From Antedon mediterranea (Eukaryota > Animalia > Echinodermata), in contig NC_092672.1 in NCBI RefSeq assembly GCF_964355755.1, positions 17,249,237-17,313,236 on the forward strand: DNA of 64,000 nucleotides, in the 5' to 3' direction. The position numbers and the translations under genes were made by a program. Positions within the stretch are counted from its first letter, which is position 1, and each line of letters starts with the position of its first letter. This document shows positions 12,288 through 26,796 of the stretch, piece after piece. A model generated the notes under the pieces. The model saw only the letters and a list, made by a program, of their open reading frames with translations. It ran no database searches and was not told the DNA's origin.

Positions 12288-15200
12288 TAATAATGCCATG
12301 CAACTTTGATTCTGATTCTAAAAAAGATCCATTTGTTTAGGCCTGGCATTCACAACCCTAAAAAATATCTCATTTTCAAAAAAAATATTTATTTTCAATA
12401 AGCAAAAAAAAGCAATATCCCTAGAGGTTGGAACCCGCTACTGAGAGCACTCAAACCTGGGTATTACCCGTTACACGCCACAAACCAGTAGATAACTGAA
12501 GAGCTGATAATAGTCTATTTATATGAAATTAATGATCAATCAATGAAAAATAATGCCATGCAACTTTGTTTCTGATTTTTAAAAAAGTTTCATTTGTTTA
12601 GGCCTGACATTTAAAACCCTCAAAATATCTCACTTTCAAAAAAAATATTTATTTTCAATTAAAAAAAAAAGAAAAGAAATATCCCTAGAGGTTCGAACAC
12701 ACTACTGCGAGCACTCAAACTTGAGCATTATCCGTTACGCCACAAACCAGTAGATGACTGAATAGCTGATAATAGTCTATTTATATGAAATGAATGATCA
12801 ATCAATGAAAAATAATGCCATGCAACTTTGTTTCTGATTTAAAAAAAATTCCACTTGTTCAGGCCTGACATTTACAACCCTCAAAATATCTCACTTTTAA
12901 AAAACCATATTTATTTTCAATTCAAAAAAAAAAGAAAAAAAATATCCCTAGAGGTTCGACCCACTACTCAGAGCACTCAAACCTGAGCATTACCCGTTAC
13001 GCCACAAACCAGTAGATGACTGAAGAGCTCATAATAGTTTATTTATATGAAATGAATGATTAATCAATGAAAAATAATGCCATGCAACTTTGTTTCTGAT
13101 TCTAAAAAAGGTTCATTTGTTTAGGCCTGACATTTACAACCCTCAAAATATCTCACTTTCAAAAAAAATATTTATTTTCAATTAAAAAAAAAAGAAAAGA
13201 AATATCCCTAGAGGTTCGAAACCACTACTGCGAGCACTCAAACTTGAGCATTACCCGATACGCCTCAAACCAGTAGATGACTGAGTAGCTGATTATACTC
13301 TATTTATATGAAATGAATGATCAATCAATGAAAAATAATGCCATGCAACTTTGTTTCTGATTGAAAAAAATGTTCAATTGTTTAGGCCTGACATTTACAA
13401 CCCCCAAAATATCTCACTTTCAAAAACAATATTTATTTTCAAATAAAAAAAAATATCCTTACAGGTTGGAACCTGCTACTGAGAGAACTCAAACATGGGT
13501 ATTACCCGTTACGCCACAAACCAGTAGATACCTGAAGATCTGATAATAGTATATTTATATGAAATTAATGATCAATCAATGAAAAATAATGCCATGCAAA
13601 TTTGTTTCTGATTTTAAAAAAGGTTCACTTGTTTAGACCTGACATTTACAACCCTCCAAATATCTCACTTTCAAAAATAATATTTTCAATAAAAAAAAAG
13701 AAACAAAATATCCCTAGAGGTTCAAACCCACTAGTGAAAGCACTCAGACTTGAGCATTACCCGTTACGCCACAAACCAGTAGATGACTGAAGAGCTGATA
13801 ATACTCTATTTATATGAAATAAATAATAAATCAATGAAAAATAATGCCATGCAACTTTGTTTCTGATTTTAAAAAAAGGTTCATTTGTTTAGGCCTGACA
13901 TTTACAACCCTCAAAATATCTCACTTTCAAAAAAAAAAAGAAAAGAAATATCCCTAGAGGTTCGAACCCACTACTGCGAGCACTCAAACTTGATCATTAT
14001 CCGTTACGCCACAAACCAGTAGATGACTGAGTAGCTGATAATAGTCTATTTATATGAAATGAATGATCAATCAATGAAAAATAATGCCATGCAACTTTGT
14101 TTCTGATTTAAAAAAATGTCCACTTGTTTAGGCCTGACATTTACAACTCTCAAAATATCTCACTTTTAAAAAAACATATTTATTTTCAAATTAAAAAAAA
14201 AAGAAAAAAAAATATCCCTGCAGGTTCGACCCACTACTCAGAGCACTCAAACCTGAGCATTACCCGTTACGCCACAAACCAGTAGATGACTGAAGAGCTG
14301 ATAATAGTCTATTTATATGAAATGAATGATCAATCAATGAAAAATAATGCCATGCAACTTTGTTTCTGATTTTAAAAAAGATCCATTTGTTTAGGCCTGA
14401 CATTCACAACCCTAAAAAATATCTCATTTTCAAAAAAAATATTTATTTTCAATAAGAAAAAAAAGCAATATACCTAGAGGTTGGAACCCGCTACTGAGAG
14501 CACTCAAACCTGGGAATTACCCGTTACGCCACAAACCAGTAGATAACTGAAGAGCTGATAATAGTCTATTTATATGAAATAAATAATAAATCAATGAAAA
14601 ATAATGCCATGCAACTTTGTTTCTGATTTTAAAAAAAGGTTCATTTGTTTAGGCCTGACATGAAATGTCCACTTGTTTAGGCCTGACATTTACAACCCTC
14701 AAAATATCTCACTTTCAAAAAACCATATTTATTTTCAATTTAAAAAAAAAATTTAAAAAAAATATCTCTAAAGGTTCGACCCACTACTCAGAGCACTCAA
14801 ACCTTAGCATTACCCGTTACGCCACAAACCAGTAGATGACTGAAGAGCTGATAATAGTCTATTTATATGAAATGAATGATCAATCAATGAAAAATAATGC
14901 CATGCAACTTTGTTTTTGATTTTAAAAAATGTCCACTTGTTTAGGCCTGACATTTACAACCCTCAAAATATCTCACTTTTAAAAAACCATATTTATTTTC
15001 AAATTTAAAAAAAAATAAAAAAAATATCCCTAAAGGTTCGACCCACTACTCAGAGCACTCAAACCTGAGCATTACCCGTTACGCCACAAACCAGTAGATG
15101 ACTGAAGAGCTGATAATAGTCTATTTATATGAAATGAATGATCAATCAATGAAAAATAATGCCATGCAACTTTGTTTCTGATTTTAAAAAAGATCCATTT

Positions 15201-18076
15201 GTTTAGGCCTGACATTCACAACCCTAAAAAATATCTCATTTTCAAAAAAAATATTTATTTTCAATAAGAGAAAAAAAAGCAATATACCTAGAGGTTGGAA
15301 CCCGCTACTGAGAGCACTCAAACCTGGGAATTACCCGTTACGCCACAAACCAGTAGATAACTGAAGAGCTGATAATAGTCTATTTATATGAAATAAATAA
15401 TAAATCAATGAAAAATAATGCCATGCAACTTTGTTTCTGATTTAAAAAAAGATCCATTGGTTTAGGTCTGACATTTACAACCCTCAAAATATCTCACTTT
15501 GAAAAAAAATATTTATTTTCAATTAAAAAAAAAAGAAAAGAAATATCCCTAGAGGTACGAACCCACTACTGCGAGCACTCAAACTTGAGCATTATTATAG
15601 TCTATGAATGAATGATCAATCAATAAAAAAAAATAATGCCATGCAACTTTGTTTCTGATTTTAAAAAATGTCCACTTGTTTATGCCTGACATTTACAAAC
15701 CTCAAAATATCTCACTTTTAAAAAAACATATTTTTTTTCAATTTAAAAAAAAAGAAAAAAAAATATCCCTAGAGGTTCGACCCACTACTCAGAGCACTCA
15801 AACCTGAGCATTACCCGTTACGCCACAAACTAGTAGATGACTGAAGAGCTGATAATAGTTTATTTATATGAAATGAATGATCAATCAATGAAAAATAATG
15901 CCATGCAACTTTGTTTCTGATTCTAAAAAAGATCCATTTGTTTAGGCCTTACATTTACAAGCCTCAAAATATCTCACTTTCAAAAACAATATTATTTTCA
16001 AATAAAAAAAAATATCCTTACAGGTTGGAACCCGCTACTGAGAGAACTCAAACCTGGGTATTACCCGTTACGCCACAAACCAGTAGATAACTGAAGATCT
16101 GATAATAGTCTATTTATATGAAATTAATGATCAATCAATGAAAAATAATGCCATGCAACTTTGTTTCTGATTTTAAAAAGGGTTCACTTGTTTGGGCCTG
16201 ACATCTACAACCCTCAAAATATCTCACTTTCAAAAACTATATTATTTTCAATAAAAAAAAAAAAGAAACGAAAAATCCGTAGAGGTTCGAACCCACTAGT
16301 GAAAGCATTCAAACTTGAGCATTACCCGTTACGCCACAAACCAGTAGATGACTGAAGAGCTGATAATACTCTATTTATATGAAATAAATAATAAATCAAT
16401 GAAAAATAATGCCATGCAACTTTGTTTCTGATTTTAAAAAAAGGTTCATTTGTTTAGGCCCGACATTTACAACCCTCAAAATATCTCATTTTCAAAAAAA
16501 ATATTTATTTTCAATTAACAAAAAAAAGAAAAGAAATATCCCTAAAGGTTCGACCCACTACTCAGAGCTCTCAAACCTGAGCATTACCCGTTACGCCACA
16601 AACCAGTAGATGACTGAAGAGCTGATAATAGTCTATTTATATGAAATGAATGATCAATCAATGAAAAATAATGCCATGCAACTTTGTTTCTGATTTTAAA
16701 AAAGATCCATTTGTTTAGGCCTGACATTCACAACCCTAAAAAATATCTCATTTTCAAAAAAAATATTTATTTTCAATAAGAAAAAAAAGCAATATACCTA
16801 GAGGTTGGAACCCGCTACTGAGAGCACTCAAACCTGAGAATTACCCGTTACGCCACAAACCAGTAGATAACTGAAGAGCTGATAATAGTCTATTTATATG
16901 AAATAAATAATAAATCAATGAAAAATAATGCCATGCAACTTTGTTTCTGATTTTAAAAAAAGGTTCATTTGTTTAGGCCTGACATGAAATGTCCACTTGT
17001 TTAGGCCTGACATTTACAACCCTCAAAATATCTCACTTTCAAAAAACCATATTTATTTTCAATTTAAAAAAAAAATTAAAAAAAATATCTCTAAAGGTTC
17101 GACCCACTACTCAGAGCACTCAAACCTTAGCATTACCCGTTACGCCACAAACCAGTAGATGACTGAAGAGCTGATAATAGTCTATTTATATGAAATGAAT
17201 GATCAATCAATGAAAAATAATGCCATGCAACTTTGTTTTTGATTTTAAAAAATGTCCACTTGTTTAGGCCTGACATTTACAACCCTCAAAATATCTCACT
17301 TTTAAAAAAACATATTTATTTTCAAATTTAAAAAAAAATAAAAAAAAATATCCCTAAAGGTTCGACCCACTACTCAGAGCACTCAAACCTGAGCATTACC
17401 CGTTACGCCACAAACCAGTAGATGACTGAAGAGCTGATAATAGTCTATTTATATGAAATGAATGATCAATCAATGAAAAATAATGCCATGCAACTTTGTT
17501 TCTGATTTTAAAAAAGATCCATTTGTTTAGGCCTGACATTCACAACCCTAAAAAATATCTCATTTTCAAAAAAAATATTTATTTTCAATAAGAGAAAAAA
17601 AGCAATATACCTAGAGGTTGGAACCCGCTACTGAGAGCACTCAAACCTGGGAATTACCCGTTACGCCACAAACCAGTAGATAACTGAAGAGCTGATAATA
17701 GTCTATTTATATGAAATAAATAATAAATCAATGAAAAATAATGCCATGCAACTTTGTTTCTGATTTTAAAAAAAGTCCACTTGTTTAGGCCTGATGTTTA
17801 CAACCCTCAAAATATCTCACTTTCAAAAACAATATTTATTTTCAATTAAAAAAAAAATCCCTAGAGGTTCGAACCCACTACTGAGAGCACTCAAACCTGA
17901 GCATTATCCGTTACGCCACACGCCAGTAGATGACTGAGGAGCTGATAATAGTCTATTTATATGAAATGAATGATCAATCAATCAATGAAAAATAATGTCA
18001 CGCAACTTTGTTTCTGATTTTAAAAAAGGTCCACTTGTTTAGGCCTGACATTTACAACCCTCAAAATATCTCACTT

Positions 18077-18590
18077 TAGTGGGAAAGATGGTATTGTTAG
18101 TAATTCGCGGTCAACACGCCACACTGTTGAATTTTGATTTTGTTAATCAATGTTGCTACATTGGTAGCGAAATGTCCGATTCATGCAAGATATTGTATTG
18201 TAATATGTTATGAATAAACATTTATGGATGGTAGTTGGTGTGTATCGCCGCACCGTCCCAGAATAAACATGTTTTGAACAGATAATTTGTCTCCGATGAT
18301 TTTTGTATGGGGTTAATGGAGAGTGAAATAGATCAAATATAGAACATTTGCAAAGATGCCGATTTCCAGACTGATTTCGAAACTTAGACTAATTCCGCCG
18401 CCCGGCTGGGCCTTAGGCATATACGAAGTCGAGTTTTTAAAGTAGAAAACTCTACCTAAACTTTTGAATTCGCATCTGGATAGTTGAATTTTGAACAAAT
18501 ATCATAAATATCATAGGTGATTATGTATGGTAATAAGTATAAGTATAAGTGTAATTCTGGGCTCTATTTTCATTATTAGCTCTGCCCCAA
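18077..18590 (+). repeat. 514-bp non-satellite block, copy 3
   Basis: Same sequence and same junctions as copy 1. Confidence 0.95.
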
Positions 18591-21500
18591 TAATAATGCC
18601 ATGCAACTTTGATTCTGATTCTAAAAAAGATCCATTTGTTTAGGCCTGGCATTCACAACCCTAAAAAATATCTCATTTTCAAAAAAAATATTTATTTTCA
18701 ATAAGCAAAAAAAAGCAATATCCCTAGAGGTTGGAACCCGCTACTGAGAGCACTCAAACCTGGGTATTACCCGTTACACGCCACAAACCAGTAGATAACT
18801 GAAGAGCTGATAATAGTCTATTTATATGAAATTAATGATCAATCAATGAAAAATAATGCCATGCAACTTTGTTTCTGATTTTAAAAAAAGTTTCATTTGT
18901 TTAGGCCTGACATTTAAAACCCTCAAAATATCTCACTTTCAAAAAAAATATTTATTTTCAATTAAAAAAAAAAGAAAAGAAATATCCCTAGAGGTTCGAA
19001 CACACTACTGCGAGCACTCAAACTTGAGCATTATCCGTTACGCCACAAACCAGTAGATGACTGAATAGCTGATAATAGTCTATTTATATGAAATGAATGA
19101 TCAATCAATGAAAAATAATGCCATGCAACTTTGTTTCTGATTTAAAAAAATTTCCACTTGTTCAGGCCTGACATTTACAACCCTCAAAATATCTCACTTT
19201 TAAAAAACCATATTTATTTTCAATTTAAAAAAAAAAGAAAAAAAATATCCCTAGAGGTTCGACCCACTACTCAGAGCACTCAAACCTGAGCATTACCCGT
19301 TACGCCACAAACCAGTAGATGACTGAAGAGCTCATAATAGTTTATTTATATGAAATGAATGATTAATCAATGAAAAATAATGCCATGCAACTTTGTTTCT
19401 GATTCTAAAAAAGGTTCATTTGTTTAGGCCTGACATTTACAACCCTCAAAATATCTCACTTTCAAAAAAAATATTTATTTTCAATTAAAAAAAAAAGAAA
19501 AGAAATATCCCTAGTGGTTCGAAACCACTACTGCGAGCACTCAAACTTGAGCATTACCCGTTACGCCTCAAACCAGTAGATGACTGAGTAGCTGATTATA
19601 CTCTATTTATATGAAATGAATGATCAATCAATGAAAAATAATGCCATGCAACTTTGTTTCTGATTGAAAAAAATGTTCACTTGTTTAGGCCTGACATTTA
19701 CAACCCTCAAAATATCTCACTTTCAAAAACAATATTTATTTTCAAATAAAAAAAAATATCCTTACAGGTTGGAACCCGCTACTGAGAGAACTCAAACATG
19801 GGTATTGCACGTTACGCCACAAACCAGTAGATAACTGAAGATCTGATAATAGTATATTTATATGAAATTAATGATCAATCAATGAAAAATAATGCCATGC
19901 AAATTTGTTTCTGATTTTAAAAAAGGTTCACTTGTTTAGGCCTGACATTTACAACCTTCAAAATATCTCACTTTCAAAAACAATATTATTTTCAATAAAA
20001 AAAAAAGAAACAAAATATCCCTAGAGGTTCAAACCCACTAGTGAAAGCACTCAGACTTGAGCATTACCCGTTACGCCACAAACCAGTAGATGACTGAAGA
20101 GCTGATAATACTCTATTTATATGAAATAAATAATAAATCAATGAAAAATAATGCCATGCAACTTTGTTTCTGATTTTAAAAAAAGGTTCATTTGTTTAGG
20201 CCTGACATTCACAACCCAAAAAAATATCTCATTTTTAAAAAAAATATTTATTTTCAATAAGAAAAAAAAAGCAATATCCCTAGAGGTTGGAACCCTCTAC
20301 TGAGAGCACTCAAACCTGGGTATTACCCGTTACACGCCACAAACCAGTAGATAACTGAAGAGCTGATAATAGTCTATTTATATGAAATTAATGATCAATC
20401 AATGAAAAATAATGCCATGCAACTTTGTTTCTGATTTTAAAAAAAGTTTCATTTGTTTAGGCCTGACATTTAAAACCCTCAAAATATCTCACTTTCAAAA
20501 AAAATATTTATTTTCAATTAAAAAAAAAAGAAAAGAAATATCCCTAGAGGTTCGAACACACTACTGCGAGCACTCAAACTTGAGCATTATCCGTTACGCC
20601 ACAAACCAGTAGATGACTGAATAGCTGATAATAGTCTATTTATATGAAATGAATGATCAATCAATGAAAAATAGTGCCATGCAACTTTGTTTCTGATTTT
20701 AAAAAATTTCCACTTGTTCAGGCCTGACATTTACAACCCTCAAAATATCTCACTTTTAAAAAACCATATTTATTTTCAATTTTAAAAAAAAAGAAAAAAA
20801 ATATCCCTAGAGGTTCGACCCCCTACTCAGAGCACTCAAACCTGAGCATTACCCGTTACGCCACAAACCAGTAGATGACTGAAGAGCTCATAATAGTTTA
20901 TTTATATGAAATGAATGATTAATCAATGAAAAATAATGCCATGCAACTTTGTTTCTGATTCTAAAAAAGGTTCATTTGTTTAGGCCTGACATTTACAACC
21001 CTCAAAATATCTCACTTTCAAAAAAAATATTTATTTTCAATTAAAAAAAAAAGAAAAGAAATATCCCTAGTGGTTCGAAACCACTACTGCGAGCACTCAA
21101 ACTTGAGCATTACCCGTTACGCCTCAAACCAGTAGATGACTGAGTAGCTGATTATACTCTATTTATATGAAATGAATGATCAATCAATGAAAAATAATGC
21201 CATGCAACTTTGTTTCTGATTGAAAAAAATGTTCACTTGTTTAGGCCTGACATTTACAACCCTCAAAATATCTCACTTTCAAAAACAATATTTATTTTCA
21301 AATAAAAAAAAATATCCTTACAGGTTGGAACCCGCTACTGAGAGAACTCAAACATGGGTATTACCCGTTCCGCCACAAACCAGTAGATAACTGAAGATCT
21401 GATAATAGTATATTTATATGAAATTAATGATCAATCAATGAAAAATAATGCCATGCAAATTTGTTTCTGATTTTAAAAAAGGTTCACTTGTTTAGGCCTG

Positions 21501-24500
21501 ACATTTACAACCCTCAAAATATCTCACTTTCAAAAACAATATTATTTTCAATAAAAAAAAAGAAACAAAATATCCCTAGAGGTTCAAACCCACTAGTGAA
21601 AGCACTCAGACTTGAGCATTACCCGTTACGCCACAAACCAGTAGATGACTGAAGAGCTGATAATACTCTATTTATATGAAATAAATAATAAATCAATGAA
21701 AAATAATGCCATGCAACTTTGTTTCTGATTTTAAAAAAAAGGTTCATTTGTTTAGGCCTGACATTTACAACCCTCAAAATATCTCACTTTCAAAAAAAAA
21801 AAGAAAAGAAATATCCCTAGAGGTTCGAACCCACTACTGCGAGCACTCAAACTTGATCATTATCCGTTACGCCACAAACCAGTAGATCACTGAGTAGCTG
21901 ATAATAGTCTATTTATATGAAATGAATGATCAATCAATGAAAAATAATGCCATGCAACTTTGTTTCTGATTTTAAAAAATGTCCACTTGTTTATGCCTGA
22001 CATTTACAACCCTCAAAATATCTCACTTTTAAAAAAACATATTTATTTTCAATTTAAAAAAAAAGAAAAATAAATATCCCTAGAGGTTCGACCCACTACT
22101 CAGAGCACTCAAACCTGAGCATTACCCGTTACGCCACAAACTAGTAGATGACTGAAGAGCTGATAATAGTTTATTTATATGAAATGAATGATCAATCAAT
22201 GAAAAATAATGCCATGCAACTTTGTTTCTGATTCTAAAAAAGATCCATTTGTTTAGGCCTTACATTTACAAGCCTCAAAATATCTCACTTTCAAAAACAA
22301 TATTATTTTCAAATAAAAAAAAATATCCTTACAGGTTGGAACCCGCTACTGAGAGAACTCAAACCTGGGTATTACCCGTTACGCCACAAACCAGTAGATA
22401 ACTGAAGATCTGATAATAGTCTATTTATATGAAATTAATGATCAATCAATGAAAAATAATGCCATGCAACTTTGTTTCTGATTTTAAAAAGGGTTCACTT
22501 GTTTGGGCCTGACATCTACAACCCTCAAAATATCTCACTTTCAAAAACTATATTATTTTCAATAAAAAAAAAAGAAACGAAAAATCCGTAGAGGTTCGAA
22601 CCCACTAGTGAAAGCATTCAAACTTGAGCATTACCCGTTACGCCACAAACCAGTAGATGACTGAAGAGCTGATAATACTCTATTTATATGAAATAAATAA
22701 TAAATCAATGAAAAATAATGCCATGCAACTTTGTTTCTGATTTTAAAAAAAGGTTCATTTGTTTAGGCCTGACATTTACAACCCTCAAAATATCTCATTT
22801 TCAAAAAAAATATTTATTTTCAATTAACAAAAAAAAGAAAAGAAATATCCCTAGAGGTTCGAACCCACTACTACGAGCACTCAAACTTGAGCATTATCCG
22901 TTACGCCACAAACCAGTAGATCACTGAGTAGCTGATAATAGTCTATTTATATGAAATAAATGATCAATCAATGAAAAATAATGCCATGCAACTTTGTTTC
23001 TGATTTTAAAAAATGTCCACTTGTTTTGGCCTGACATTTACAACCCTCAAAATATCTCACTTTCAAAAAACCATATTTATTTTCAATTTTAAAAAAAAAT
23101 TTAAAAAAATATCTTTAAAGGTTCGACCCACTACTCAGAGCACTCAAACCTGAGCATTACCCGTTACGCCACAAACCAGTAGATGACTGAAGAGCTGATA
23201 ATAGTCTATTTATATGAAATGAATGATCAATCAATGAAAAATAATGCCATGCAACTTTGTTTCTGATTTTAAAAAATGTCCACTTGTTTAGGCCTGACAT
23301 TTACAACCCTCAAAATATCTCACTTTTAAAAAACCATATTTATTTTCAATTTTAAAAAAAAATTAAAAAAAATATCCCTAAAGGTTCGACCCACTACTCA
23401 GAGCACTCAAACCTGAGCATTACCCGTTACGCCACAAACCAGTAGATGACTGAAAAGCTGATAATAGTCTATTTATATGAAATGAATGATCAATCAATGA
23501 AAAATAATGCCATGCAACTTTGTTTCTGATTTTAAAAAAAGGTTCATTTGTTTAGGCCTGACATGAAATGTCCACTTGTTTAGGCCTGACATTTACAACC
23601 CTCAAAATATCTCACTTTCAAAAAACCATATTTATTTTCAATTTAAAAAAAAAATTAAAAAAATATCTCTAAAGGTTCTACCCACTACTCAGAGAACTCA
23701 AACCTTAGCATTACCCGTTACGCCACAAACCAGTAGATGACTGAAGAGCTGATAATAGTCTATTTATATGAAATGAATGATCAATCAATGAAAAATAATG
23801 CCATGCAACTTTGTTTTTGATTTTAAAAAATGTCCACTTGTTTAGGCCTGACATTTACAACCCTCAAAATATCTCACTTTTAAAAAACCATATTTATTTT
23901 CAATTTTAAAAAAAAATAAAAAAAAATATCCCTAAAGGCTCGACCCACTACTCAGAGCACTCAAACCTGAGCATTACCCGTTACGCCACAAACCAGTAGA
24001 TGACTGAAGAGCTGATAATAGTCTATTTATATGAAATGAATGATCAATCAATGAAAAATAATGCCATGCAACTTTGTTTCTGATTTTAAAAAAGATCCAT
24101 TTGTTTAGGCCTGACATTCACAACCCTAAAAAATATCTCATTTTCAAAAAAAATATTTATTTTCAATAAGAAAAAAAAAGCAATATACCTAGAGGTTGGA
24201 ACCCGCTACTGAGAGCACTCAAACCTGGGAATTACCCGTTACGCCACAAACCAGTAGATAACTGAAGAGCTGATAATAGTCTATTTATATGAAATAAATA
24301 ATAAATCAATGAAAAATAATGCCATGCAACTTTGTTTCTGATTTTAAAAAAAGGTTCATTTGTTTAGGCCTGACATGAAATGTCCACTTGTTTAGGCCTG
24401 ACATTTACAACCCTCAAAATATCTCACTTTCAAAAAACCATATTTATTTTCAATTTAAAAAAAAAATTAAAAAAAATATCTCTAAAGGTTCGACCCACTA

Positions 24501-26282
24501 CTCAGAGCACTCAAACCTTAGCATTACCCATTACGCCACAAACCAGTAGATGACTGAAGAGCTGATAATAGTCTATTTATATGAAATGAATGATCAATCA
24601 ATGAAAAATAATGCCATGCAACTTTGTTTTTGATTTTAAAAAATGTCCACTTGTTTAGGCCTGACATTTACAACCCTCAAAATATCTCACTTTCAAAAAC
24701 TATATTATTTTCAATAAAAAAAAAAAGAAACGAAAAGTCCGTAGAGGTTCGAACCCACTAGTGAAAGCATTCAAACTTGAGCATTACCCGTTACGCCACA
24801 AACCAGTAGATGACTGAAGAGCTGATAATACTCTATTTATATGAAATAAATAATAAATCAATGAAAAATAATGCCATGCAACTTTGTTTCTGATTTTAAA
24901 AAAAGGTTCATTTGTTTAGGCCTGACATTTACAACCCTCAAAATATCTCATTTTCAAAAAAAATATTTATTTTCAATTAACAAAAAAAAGAAAAGAAATA
25001 TCCCTAGAGGTTCGAACCCACTACTACGAGCACTCAAACTTGAGCATTATCCGTTACGCCACAAACCAGTAGATCACTGAGTAGCTGATAATAGTCTATT
25101 TATATGAAATGAATGATCAATCAATGAAAAATAATGCCATGCAACTTTGTTTCTGATTTTAAAAAATGTCCACTTGTTTAGGCCTGACATTTACAACCCT
25201 CAAAATATCTCACTTTCAAAAAACGATATTTATTTTCAATTTAAAAAAAAAATTAAAAAAAATATCTCTAAAGGTTCGACCCACTACTCAGAGCACTCAA
25301 ACCTGAGCATTACCCGTTACGCCACAAACCAGTAGATGACTGAAGAGCTGATAATAGTCTATTTATATGAAATGAATGATCAATCAATGAAAAATAATGC
25401 CATGCAACTTTGTTTCTGATTTTAAAAAATGTCCACTTGTTTAGGCCTGACATTTACAACCCTCAAAATATCTCACTTTTAAAAAACCATATTTATTTTC
25501 AATTTAAAAAAAAAATAAAAAAAAATATCCCTAAAGGTTCGACCCACTACTCAGAGCACTCAAACCTGAGCATTACCCGTTACGCCACAAACCAGTAGAT
25601 GACTGAAGAGCTGATAATAGTCTATTTATATGAAATGAATGATCAATCAATGAAAAATAATGCCATGCAACTTTGTTTCTGATTTTAAAAAAGATCCATT
25701 TGTTTAGGCCTGACATTCACAACCCTAAAAAATATCTCATTTTCAAAAAAAATATTTATTTTCAATAAGAAAAAAAAAGCAATATACCTAGAGGTTGGAA
25801 CCCGCTACTGAGAGCACTCAAACCTGGGAATTACCCGTTACGCCACAAACCAGTAGATAACTGAAGAGCTGATAATAGTCTATTTATATGAAATAAATAA
25901 TAAATCAATGAAAAATAATGCCATGCAACTTTGTTTCTGATTTTAAAAAAAGGTTCATTTGTTTAGGCCTGACATGAAATGTCCACTTGTTTAGGCCTGA
26001 CATTTACAACCCTCAAAATATCTCACTTTCAAAAACAATATTTATTTTCAATTAAAAAAAAAATCCCTAGAGGTTCGAACCCACTACTGAGAGCACTCAA
26101 ACCTGAGCATTATCCGTTACGCCACAAGCCAGTAGATGACTGAGGAGCTGATAATAGTCTATTTATATGAAATGAATGATCAATCAATCAATGAAAAATA
26201 ATGTCACGCAACTTTGTTTCTGATTTTAAAAAAGGTCCACTTGTTTAGGCCTGACATTTACAACCCTCAAAATATCTCACTT

Positions 26283-26796
26283 TAGTGGGAAAGATGGTAT
26301 TGTTAGTAATTCGCGGTCAACACGCCACACTGTTGAATTTTGATTTTGTTAATCAATGTTGCTACATTGGTAGCGAAATGTCCGATTCATGCAAGATATT
26401 GTATTGTAATATGTTATGAATAAACATTTATGGATGGTAGTTGGTGTGTATGGCCGCACCGTCCCTGAATAAACATGTTTTGAACAGATAATTTGTCTCC
26501 GATGATTTTTGTATGGGGTTAATGGAGAGTGAAATAGATCAAATATAGAACATTTGCAAAGATGCCGATTTCCAGACTGATTTCGAAACTTAGACTAATT
26601 CCGCCGCCGGGCTGGGCCTTAGGCATATACGAAGTCGAGTTTTTAAAGTAGAAAACTCTACCTAAACTTTTGAATTCGCATCTGGATAGTTGAATTTTGA
26701 ACAAATATCATAAATATCATAGGTGATTATGTATGGTAATAAGTATAAGTATAAGTGCAATTCTGGGCTCTATTTTCATTATTAGCTCTGCCCCAA
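26283..26796 (+). repeat. 514-bp non-satellite block, copy 4
   Basis: Same sequence and same junctions as copy 1. Confidence 0.95.
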
